Assembly (NCBI GenBank): GCA_025786725.1
Contig: JAHLTZ010000047.1
Coordinates: forward strand, 80,260-144,259
Source: Syncephalis fuscata S228
Lineage: Eukaryota; Fungi; Zoopagomycota
Reading direction: 5' to 3'
DNA: 64,000 nt
Part shown: piece by piece, positions 52,043 through 64,000 of the stretch
Layout: each line of letters starts with the position of its first letter
Position numbering within the stretch: position 1 is the stretch's first letter
Program-made: the position numbers and the translations under genes
The notes under the pieces: generated by a model
Told to the model about the DNA's origin: nothing
Databases searched by the model: none
What the model saw: the letters and a program-made list of their open reading frames with translations, nothing else

Positions 52043-55000
52043 TTATGAAATAATGTCGTAGACTTGGCCGACGCGTTGAAGGAACCGATGCATCGTACGA
52101 CGCACTTCTTTGGCCGGTGCCTGTTCAAGTAGTTGGATTACTTGCTCATAAAGTGTTGGCAAGTTACGGCGGAACTAAACAATACAAATCATTAATAAGC
52201 ACAATATATGTATACAAGTTAGTAAAGTTCAAATAGATATATGGTACAATTAAATACAGCTCACTACGTTTCTCCTATCTTCTCTATACTAATAGCTGGT
52301 TTGATACTTGCCTTATCGTCGGACAATTCGCTAAATGCCGTTAAAATACCTACAACGACCCGGGAAAACGCATCGGTGCGAGGACCAGCCTCAACACCAA
52401 CCGTTAATAGGCTGTATCGATGCAGCGTATCCATACTAAGTCTAATCGGTATTAATGATTCAAAATGATTTGACAATACATTATATTGTAAGTATGTATA
52501 TATATATGCGTGTGTGCGTGCTACATCACCACCCCTACTAATACTTACGGGAAAAGTCGTCGTTCTGTTTCGGTCTCTTGCAATACTAAACGCTCACTTG
52601 TATCCTTGTACATGACGAGTAACATGTGAATACATCCAGTTAAACAACCAATCTCTTGTTCAAGCAATTGAGGCATCAATGCAACAAATCCTAATAACCA
52701 TAATAAATGATTAGATCCGCTATAGATTATAAGTATGTATCATTTCGCTTACCAGGGTGACTTTCCATAAATTGAATGGATTTGTTAAACTTTTGTGCTT
52801 GTCGGTAACAACGAGCGACTGCATCTACCAAACTGAATAGGTGGTCAACTTGCACGGCTGCATAGGCCGGACCGTTAAACATATCACGCACTGTTTGAAG
52901 TATCGTCAACTGCAGTGTACAGTACATACTACACCGTTGCACATCCGTCAATTCAGAGGCAGGTGGCGGTGCTGGCGGTGCTGTATTCGAATTGTTCTCT
53001 GATCGTTTGTTATTATTCTGATTACTAGAAAGTACAGCATAGGGACTTGTCGTCTTTAATAGCCTAACAATGTCATGCATACTTGACTCCACGTCTCCTC
53101 TTCTAAATGATTAACATTGCGTTCAATTAGTTCAAGTAAACAGCTACAACCAGCCTTGGCAATTGTTTCATCATCTAATAAATAGTCATAATTAGTATAT
53201 ATATATATATATACCATTACTGATCCTTAATTATTCTACCTTGAGATACACAGGCACATAACAAGTCAAATAGGCGGTCAAGTAGGGGACGTAGTATTTC
53301 AAAGTAAAAAGTAAATAGATTAATAACATTTCTTAATGCCTTAATCAGTGTTGTAGAGAACCAGACGGTCATGTCTTCAGCACTGGCAAATCTCGATCGA
53401 CGATTGGGTGATTTAATATCGTTAAGATAGGAAATACAATGCCGTCAAAGATGGATGTCCATAATGTTTGACTAAAACCGGCACCGTGTTTACGAAGAGC
53501 ATCAAATAAAATATCCAATGCACTATTATAGATTCAATTTAATTCAGTATTATGTCATTATACTAATAGTGCAAGTCTTACCGTGTTCTTACTTCCAAGT
53601 CACTACAATCCATAACTACTTCAAATAGACCAAATAGAATAGGAATCCATATACGTTGTTGTCGGTCATCGGTATGAATCTGTGATCGTGAAAAGTTGCC
53701 CGAAGCAATAAGCGAGTCGAAACTAGGTGTTTGTTGATCTGTAATACGATCCATGATTTGTCGGAACATTTCAATTGATTGTAGACTGGATTAAGATATT
53801 GATTAGTCTTATCAAATTATTTACACTGAATTATTTACCTAATCTTTTGATAACGACCATTACGACAGAATTCAATAAAACAGGAAACAAGATCAGATAA
53901 ACTACCATTCTCAACAACAGCCGCATAATGCTTTGTAAATATAATCTTGACATTATTAAATGCCATGGTTACAATTGATTCTAATTCATATTATTATTAT
54001 TATTATTATTTAGTATACTATTTCTAACAAGTAATTACCATCCATATCTTTGGCTGCTTCCACAAATGCATTTAATATTGTTTTCCAACCCGATCGAATA
54101 TTATTAGATCGCGCTGCAATCATCTGATTAAGACAACGAATAACCTATAATATATATATATTAATACATATTCTATTCTATCCTTATAATAACCACTTAC
54201 CATATCACGAATGGACGGATCTGTACTATGTGATATAATATGTACAAATGGTTTAAGAAATTCTCGTTGGAATTTGAAATTCGATAATTCTTCCTTTTCC
54301 AAAAACTTCATCGACAATTGACGCAAAGAATCAATGGCAAAAATACACGCATTCTGTTGACTATGACTTCCCACCTAAACAAATAGACCATATAATTATT
54401 ATTGTTATTGTTATTATAAATTTAGTCTATTAATGACGATACTTACTTGTATAAAGTGTTCACCAATAATTGACCAAGTATTTGACCACTCCAAACGAAT
54501 ACGATTCATATTATAGTATGAAATTTCTACTAATTTCTGTAAACTAAATATTCTTGGATGATCAGTATGTGACGATGACTGAATCTCTTCCCAAGATATT
54601 TGACTAAGCGCTGCTACAAAGTGTTTAATTGCCGTCTATTCAGTCATATGGTTATCATTAATATAATACTATTTATAATTAACTTACGCCTGATAATTGA
54701 GCACTTGTAGTAAATATCCGATCTACCATAATGACTACCTCTTGTGATGATGCCTCTAATGCTGTCTCTTCATCATACATAGGCTATAAACAATAGGGTA
54801 GATTAATACGTATTCAACTATTAACGGAAATACGACTACTCTTACCGCGGATTGATTAGATCGAGATGGACGTCGATTCATTGGTGTAGATATAGTTGCA
54901 TCACCTTTTGCCCTATGAGATAGCTCGGGCACTTTATCTTCATCAACACCACCGGTAGTAATAAGCTGTACCCGTTCCAGTCGACTAACACAATACAGTA

Positions 55001-58000
55001 CATCTTTCCACGATTCATTTAGTGAATTGCCTTCAGCCAGGGCAATTTCAAGTAAGCATTTAATGGCTTTGGCATTTTTAGGCTTCATTTCATTTAGATT
55101 ACTTAAATGAGTGAATTTAGCCAGGGTTGATATAAAGGCATCTCGTGCCAAATCCATTTCAAATGCCGCCACAATATGAACTGCTAATTGGAAACCTTCA
55201 AGACACATGCGTATAATGGTCACATCATTTGAGTCTTGTAATGGACTGCTAAGTGCGGCAAGGAATGCCATCCACGGTATTTCAAACATGGGTTTAACAT
55301 GATCGGCATGTGAAGCATTAAAGAAAGTAACACTTTCCTGTATAGTGGTCATTTTACGTTGTCGATTTCGACGCATACTACGAAATACCGCCTATATCCA
55401 TGGTATCCATTATATTAATATTTATATAAATTGTTGTATTAAATACATTACCTCGGTCTTTACCGCCAATTCTTCTGATACCATGGCATATGCTTCTCGT
55501 TTCTGTCTCTGGCTAAGATGTTCAAAGTCATATCGCTGTTCCACACCACCAGTTGCTTTACGAACAGTTGAATCGTTGGCATCGTTCATCTTAATCTCAT
55601 TATCTCTAATCTCGTCAAAGATCGCTTCCAAATAATCAATAGATATGTCGGCACCATCATTAATGCCTCGATTATTACGTATAAATTCTTCTTTGGTCAT
55701 TCGCTTTTTAATTTGTCGATTATGTTGATCGGTGTTAAGCAGTATCACCGAGTAGGCCAGTACATAGGCCGCATCTATTAAAATTACAAATATAATATAA
55801 CAGCCAATCTATTAGTAATCTATTTAATCGTAATTACCACACACACTCTCTCTCTCGCTCTCCTCTTTCTTACCGGCATTGGCAAACTCTCCTGGATTGT
55901 ACATAACATAACGTTCAGCGAATTTAAGCATAAATCGATCAATTTTCTGTGCTTCTCCAGGAAGACGAAATGATTGTAGAAATATTCTTAATGCTGATAC
56001 AAAGCTTAAATTACGGAAATCCATCATATCAACAAAAGCATGCATAATAGCAATATTCTCAGTTTCACTATATAGATATAGATATTAATATTAATATTAA
56101 TAAAAGACTTTATACTATAACTTACCCTTCACCCAAGTATTCACCAATCATTGTCTTATCAAGTCCATCGGTATTTAGTAAAAAGTGAGCAACATCTTGA
56201 GGACTATTACTTGGAATAATACCCGAATCAAGTAATGTTCGAATGCCCTAATATATATACATATATATATATACATATAGATTACTATGATGATATGAAT
56301 AATTAGGCTTCTATAAAACTTACCTTTTTAGGCTTCCATGCAAACAATCGAACGCCATCTTCAAGTCGTTGCTTTCGCTGTTTCCGATGACTAAAGTGCT
56401 CAGGATCATCATTTGTAATGGTCGAAGTAGTATCGGGTCCATTAGATGGCTGTGGAGATTCTTCGGCCACCATAATAGAATCAGTATCACCCGGTCCAGT
56501 ACGTACCGTATCGATTGAATTACGCGATGAGCGATATTCATTGATAGACCGTTGATCAATAATACTACTTTGATCGGTCGCGGTATGGTTATTGGCACCA
56601 GTACTGCCATTACTCGTTATACGTCCATCGCTACTTTTATCACTCCAATTAACGAGTGACCGTAGAATGGATACCAGTGATTCCAGTGCTTTGTATCGAA
56701 TAGATACTTCGGCAGTGGCAATGTTACCGGCTGATCCCATGGCGGCCGCGGTGGTTGCTAAATGGCCTTGTACTGATGCTGAAGTAAGTGGCATAGCAGC
56801 AGAAATAACTGCCGCAGCCGGTGCATTCTGTAGTGTAATATTACTGCTTTCATGAGCCAAAGTACGAGAAGTCGTTGTCTTGGACAACACATTAACCAGT
56901 CTATTTATACCTGATTAATATAAATATTATAGCTATACACTATTTACATACCGTTCATAGATATTACCCAATGCTTCACGGTCACAGTCATAATTAAGAT
57001 AAAGCTCAACGAGCATTTGTGGTGAATCACAAATACGTGTAAGTACACTAAGCAGAGCCAGTCGCTGCTGGAATGGTGAATTCTTCATTTCCAAGATAGG
57101 TAGAAATATTTCTGTAAAGAATACTTCAATTTCTTTCTATTTAACATAGTATCGTAGTAATAGTAATTAGTAATATATATATATATATATATATATAATG
57201 TGTTGTATTACCTTTAAAAACATTCGGAAATTGCATAATACTTGCCAAAATAATTCAAGAGCACATTCAAATACTGCCGGAATAACCGATACCAAATTAC
57301 GACTTAATGTTAGACATAGATGCTGTTTAATCGTTGTAATAAATGTAGTTGTCGTGGTGGTTGTACTAGATGGATTATTGGCATGGGTGGTAACCACGGC
57401 TACAGGGGCTAGAAATACTAGTTGATGTGCGGCCAATACATCCAATACTAAGTGTAAGGCCAGTAATTTAGATCTCATAGATAATGAGCGAAGATCGGTG
57501 GCACTATAATGGTTATTAAGGTTAATATTAATTACCACAGTATATAATAACCGGTATAATGAACTAATTACCTATCATTAGGTACTGGTTTCATAGACAG
57601 TTTACACAAGGCTCGGAATACTAAATAAGCATCTCTAATTTCTACATCAGTCGATGAAAGTGATGAAGCTACTGAATCAGTAGTCGGTTGAGTACTATGA
57701 TGCTGATTCTGATTACTAATAATAATTACATTAATGGTAAATATAAATAGAATAGGGCAACTTACGATGCTTCATTCTCTACACTTGTGGTATCATTTAA
57801 CGTAGATTCAACTATTTTTTGTTCATCTTGTTCTGTTGTTGATGTAGTAGGAGCATGCTCATCCCCTTCTTGTCCATTTAACCCTACTGAATTAGTTGTA
57901 TCTTCAGAGTCATGGCCAGTAATGTGTTTCGGTGCATTGTCCTCTTCATCGGCAGTAATAGTAGGTGTGGCCAATTCACCTTCTTCAACTGAACGACGAA

Positions 58001-59759
58001 GTTTTGGATCAAGTCGAACTCGTGTAAATATAATATTGACCATTTGCGTTAATGTGCCTTGAGCAATTGTTTGATTGGCCGAATTACTCGATAACAAAAA
58101 TATGTTATAGGTGGTACGAACAGCCCGTAAAAGTGTCGATTGATGTACAGGACGTTCTGATTGAGACACCGCTGCCAATAATGCCTATAACATTAATTAA
58201 GTAATTAATTAACTAATTAATATTATAATTAATTAATTATCAACATTTTAATAGCTACCTTAATAATTTGTAGTGTCACTTTATCATCGGTATTCTCTCC
58301 TATAAATGCATCACATACCACCATAACAATATCATCGATAATGGTAGCCTTTAATTTCTCTTCTTCTATAGGTATCGTTGTAGCTGTATCACTACCCGCT
58401 GTAGTCTCTGGTGTTTTAGTTTCTTGGTTAGTATCTGTAGTTGATTCAGTTACCACTGTTTCTTCTACCGAGACGCCCTCATCCAATGAAGGTGTATTGA
58501 CGGTCATATCGGTAACACTCGTTGTGGTTACACTATGATTACGACTACGTAATTGTTCTGTTTGACGTTGTCGTCGACGATCTTGTGCATCAGATCCAAT
58601 TAATTTGTACGATATTAACTTTTCAATACAATCAATGGAGGCAATTGTCAATGGAATATTGCCGGTTTGACATGCCAATTGTAATGGTGTAAATACCATA
58701 TAGATATTATTTCTATGGTCATTCATTATTATTAATATGTAAACATTACTAATTACTTACATCAATTGACGTGTTGAATCTTCCATAGCCAATAAATCTA
58801 TTATTACCATTACCATTATTATTAATTAACTATTAAACACTATAAACAATAACCAACTACTTACCAATAGCTTTCTGTGTTGCATCAACCAATTCTTTAC
58901 TTCTTTTCGCTTCACGACTAGCGGCAATGATCTTTAATGCTTTATCAAGAAACATTGTACTAGTAGCCACTGTAGGTGATAGTGGTACAGGTACCGATGA
59001 TGTCGATGATGTAGTCACTGTCTCTTCTTTAAAGCTAGTCACTGTTTCAGTAGCATCATTAAGGGTGTTTATCGTGGCCGATGTTGACTGTCCTTCTATT
59101 TCTTGTAATACGGTAGACTCTATAGCTATAGATAATGATGATGCTCCATTCCTTTCATCTTGATCCAATACTTCTGGTTCAATAGACTTTAAAGTAGTTA
59201 TTGATTCAGCTGCCTCATCAATAGTATCTACTTCAATGGTTTGCGTAATACTATCAACAATCTCATCTGGATCAGATGTATTATTTGGCATATCCACATA
59301 ATCAGTCTCTTCCAGTATCAACGATGCTTTAGATAACTCTTCATTATCAAGTACCACATCAGTCAAGTCTTCATAGATACTTTCCGCATCTGATAGTGTA
59401 TTGGATATCATGTTCTGTTCATGAAATGATCCAATCGTGGTGGCTATAGATGGTTCATCCACTGTTAACGCTACAGTGGCTTCTGATTCAATTTCCTCTA
59501 CTACCACCATGGTTGTTGTGGTAGTAGTAGCAGTGGTAGTAGTAGTAGTCGTGCTTGAAGTACTATGGTGTTCAGTATTGGCTACATTCTTTTCATCATC
59601 GCTACTATGGCCATCTTCGTTTAAGATAGCGTTAGTAGTAGCTGGTGGGTCGCTACATTCAACGACCTCCATCGTAGGGGTGGTCGGTCGCGATGAAGCA
59701 TCAACGTCGGATGTCGCTACCTCATCCACCGGTGGCCTATCACTTTGAGGCTGTGACAT
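52043..59759 (-). CDS. SEC7: Sec7/BIG-family Arf guanine-nucleotide exchange factor, multi-exon; 1-nt deletions at about 53075 and 53424
   Basis: [32 protein letters not shown] (Sec7 domain with Glu finger), [71 protein letters not shown]. Confidence 0.95.
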
Positions 59760-60184
59760 ACTAATAGAACAGCAACAACCGCGTTATTTTTACAATACCG
59801 TCAATTAACTAGTAATTGAGTCTTTTCCGTATACGTCGTCTATTGGAATAGAGCGGCGGTGATATGGTTAGTAGTAGTAGTAGGAGGAGGAGGAGTGGAA
59901 TGGTGGAACAGTAAAAGGAAGCCAATAATGTGTGAATAGGAGCGGTGTATCAATAAAGAATACGATGATGATGATGATGATGATGTTGTTGGTACAATAG
60001 TTAATTAACCAATCAATAAACATTTTACTTAATTAATTAATTAACCATTGTTATTGTTATTATTAAACATATTATGGTGGTTATGGTTATGGTCTTCTTT
60101 TTCCCTGTACAAAGACGTTATTGTTTACTTGATATTACTTCTTTATCGTCATGACTCTATTGGACCGGACACTTGTAGATTTTT

Positions 60185-62265
60185 ATGGTAACATTGGGCG
60201 CGCAAGCCTTATACTTTGCATTTGGTTGGGTATTTCTCGTGAACAAGTTATTCCACGATTATGCCGTGGCTTCTAGAAAACATACATTAGGCGTGCAAGC
60301 CGTCTTTTCATTGACATTCAGTTCAAGTTGTGGTCTATTTCAACTTATTATATTCGAGATTACTGGCTCATTAACTAAAGAGTATGTATTTAATACAGTT
60401 AGCAGTATCTATTAATTAAATAGCTTTTATAAATATCATTCTCGTTGGCTATTATGGAAGATTAATTTGGCCATTTTACTGGCTCTTGTTATTGGTGCCA
60501 TTCCATTCTATCAAATATATATTATATTAGGCAATACTGGTGAAGGTATGTATAATATATATATATTTGATGATTGATATGTATACTTTTAAGAACCATA
60601 ATACTAATAATAATAATAATAATAATAATAGGATTATGAAGCGACATCATCTTGCCTTTACCAGTGTTATATGGTGTATATTATTTACTTTATTCTGGCA
60701 ATTAGGCGATTATTTTCCAATTGAAAAAGCACTCGATGGTGATCAAAGTAAGTTATAAAAACAAAAGTGCCTAATAAATACTAATTATATTAATTATATT
60801 AATTATATAGGCTGGTTATCAATGACCCCATTGATGAGTCGTATCGGTGTATTAGGTGTTACTATTATGGCAATTCTTTCAGGATTTGGTGCTGTAAATA
60901 GTCCTTACACAACATTATTTGTATTTCTACGGTATGCATTAATAGGGTATTTATTAGTGGTGATGTATTCAATTTTGATTAGTAAGATAGATATGGCCGA
61001 TGTACAAGCAACAGAACGTAAACTCGGTCAACTTGTGGATACATTAATTGGTAAACGTAAACGGATTGTTACGGCTCAACTACGACAAAAAGGCACAGAA
61101 ACGGTAAGTGGATAACATCGTTCTATACACTAATATAATATATATAATATATAATATGTATGTAAATAATTGATCCTTATAGGCTACTGGTGCCACTGGA
61201 CTTATGCGTCGTATGTTTAATGTAGCAAGTCAATTTGGCAGTGGAGAAAGTAATTGTATAGTTTATATTGCCCATAGTAGTTATACTTATAAATAATTAC
61301 GTTGTATTAGATGTAGGCGCATTAAAGGAAGAAATAAAACACACAGAAGTATTTTCACAAAACTTATTCTTGGAATTGGAAGAACTATATACTGAAATGG
61401 TAATAGTAATGAATAGTGTATACTGATTATAATTATAACATAACATGATATAATATGAATAGGACCGTATTGCCTATGCTCATACATGGAAGGGACAATA
61501 TTATAATGTACTAGGCTATATATTCAGTGGTTATTGTATCTATAAAGTATTTATGGCAAGTATTTCCATCATATATGTATTATTTACTTATTTAATGTTA
61601 TATTATATATAGGCTACTATCAATATTGTATTTAATCGTATTGGTAAAACAGATCCCATTACTTATAGTCTTGCTCTACTCGGTCCTTATATCGATGTAG
61701 AGATTGATGTACAAGCATGGTCACAGCAATTAAGCTTTGTATTTGTAGGCATTATGATTTTATGTTCAATTCGAGGTCTACTTATCCAGTTAACCAAGGT
61801 AATTGCCGTATAGTATATTGATAACAATAGCAATACTAACTGTATTTAACATTTAGTTCTTTCGAGCTTCAGTTAGTAATGTATCACCAGAAAGTATGGT
61901 TTTATTTCTAGCTCAGCTTATGGGCATGTACTTTCTCAGTTCCGTATTACTTATGCGAATGAGTCTACCTGATGAATATCGGTAAGTGGATCATCTAGTT
62001 GATGTTACACCATTCTAATAATAATCATGCTGGCTATAGAGAGATTATATCAGGTGTGTTATCTACAATTGAATTCAACTTTTATCATCGCTGGTTTGAT
62101 GTTATCTTTCTGGTCAGCGCTATTTTCAGTGGCATTGCTTTGTTCTTTATGCATCAACATTTTACAAATGCTCAATCTGGTGCTGCCATCAACACATTTA
62201 ATGACTATAGTGAGCATACACTGCAAGGGGCGTATCATGAGACTATTGACAAGAAACGTTATTAA
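60185..62265 (+). CDS. Golgi pH regulator / GPR89 (ABA-GPCR-type) family, multi-exon
   Basis: FSLTFSSSCGLFQLIIFEI, SRIGVLGVTIMAILSGFGAVNSPY, TWKGQYYNVLGYIFSGYCIYK, DPIT, GMYFLSSVLLMRMSLP, FNFYHRWFDVIFLVSA. Confidence 0.92.
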
Positions 62266-62379
62266 ACAATGCTTATTATTCAATGTGGCACGCACCTACA
62301 ATACATGCATGCTATCATATAATACAAATAAAAGTATAGTAATAGTAATAGTGGTAATGAAAAGGAGTGCAAAGTGCCA

Positions 62380-64000
62380 TTAATTAAGCGTACCACGGCA
62401 TTGTGGCGATCCACATAGACATGGAATCTTATCAATTTCAATAGGAAACTTGTAATCATACGTAATTTCCTCTCCTTCTTCAATATCCTGTTTGGCATAA
62501 ATAACAATCTTCTTTTCACCGTCCACCGTAATGATACGAGCAATACAGTTGGGCTACCATCATTACAATTAGTTATTGGTAAATACATTATATAATTACT
62601 TACTGAACAGCAATGATTAATGAATCGAGCTACATTTCCCTTCTTTGTAGCATCAATGACCGTATCATCATCAATACGGAATAGATAACTACTGCCAATA
62701 CCGCTCTTTTCATACATCTTCTCTCGATGATCTGCTACCTTTTGTCGTATAACTTCTCCAATATATTCAATTACCATTTCTTTGCCTCAATACGCTCCAT
62801 GGCAAATAGACCCCAGGCATGAATAGAGGAACGAGCAAAACGAAGCTGCTTTTTACGTACACGTAATTGATTGAATTTAAAGATATCGGAATCACCTGTT
62901 GGTTGTACCATAGATTGGGCTGCTGTCGTGGTTGCAGTTATGGCTTCTGGTGTAGCTGCTGCAGTCTTTGTGGCCGATGTCGTCGTTGATACAGAAGTGA
63001 TTGACGACATTTGGGCTGATTGTGCACCTCGACGGTGTGCATCAATACCGACCATCCACTGACGATGATTGGCCCGGTTTAGACGTGAAGTAAGTCGAGC
63101 CATGGCGCCCGTAAGAGCTATACGGCGTAGATCTGGCAATTGTTGATGACGTGTTGTTTTTGCTTTACGGGCTGCTATTAGATCTAGTATACGTGTACGT
63201 GCACATGTATCGTCAATAGCTGTTGTGGCTGCTATCGATGCTGGTTCAAGTAGCTTCTCATTTAACTTATCGCGATCATCAAAAAATTCTATTACCGCTG
63301 CTTCACCCCGTTCAGCCACTAAGCGATCAGCTGCTGTGGCAAATCGTTTATCTTCAACGCGTATATCTTCTGTTGATGTGGCGACAATAGAATTGGTCGA
63401 CCGTTTGCGATTTGTCTTCGCCACTGCCCGTGCTGTAGCTGGCATAGCTTTGCTTTTGTTTCCAATTCAGCGCCAGCCTTTGACTTGGCTGAAGATGGCA
63501 ATTGATCTTCAACATCAATATCCATTTCATCTTGCGATAATTCAGCCTGGCCAGTTTATCGGAATCTTTCATATCATTTTCATCGTCATTATCACTGCTA
63601 TGATCGTTGAGTTTACCATCTTCATCTTCTGATTCACTACTGCTTGTAAATACTACATAATGTCGCCGTTCTGCATCAATCGACGATGCACGTTCACCGT
63701 CACGTACTAGTGAAGCACGTCGATGTTTAGCAATGGATGGTGAATGGCGACGTTGTTTAGTCGGCCGTCCCTCCATAAACGAATCCCATTCCTCATCTTG
63801 ATCTGATTCAATTCAGAGTCGTAATTACGTAGACCATGTCGATCGGTATCCACAGCACTTTCTCGTCGGGATCGACTTCGCTTACTACTACGATCAGGGT
63901 GACGATGATGCTGTCCATCAGGTGAAGAGGGTGTTGAAGAGAATGACGGTGAAGCAGGTCGATATCCATAATTGAACTGTCTCTGTAATGTCGCCAATTA
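62380..64000 (-). CDS. SET1: SET1 histone H3K4 methyltransferase, 3' part (N-SET, SET, post-SET); runs off the window; 1-nt deletions at about 62781 and 63470
   Basis: [109 protein letters not shown]. Intron 62603-62554. Confidence 0.95.

Overview
AT-rich, intron-rich eukaryotic DNA (short GT-AG introns, mostly about 45-95 nt). Gene content suggests an early-diverging fungus, possibly a Zoopagomycota mycoparasite such as Syncephalis; this is inference and was not searched. Conserved genes: PHO80-like cyclin, pseudouridine glycosidase/PfkB kinase fusion, phosphorylase kinase regulatory subunit, Btz/CASC3-like protein, alpha/beta hydrolase, auxin-efflux-carrier-family transporter, clathrin heavy chain, Sec7/BIG Arf-GEF, GPR89/GPHR and the 3' part of SET1. 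Accessory genes between them: an inverted pair of secreted kinase-like genes, an intronless F-box gene, a secreted subtilase lacking its catalytic His, a 49-aa secreted CxxC peptide, a divergent FHA-kinase and a membrane-protein pseudogene. The main discovery is in the apparently non-coding stretch 13.3-15.7 kb (minus strand): a micro-exon gene in which a signal-peptide exon is followed by 25 exons of exactly 6 or 3 nt with canonical splice sites. The first 20 of these splice into a stop-free frame in one phase only. The assembly also has many single-base deletions that frameshift essential genes, so isolated -1 frameshifts here should not be read as pseudogenes.
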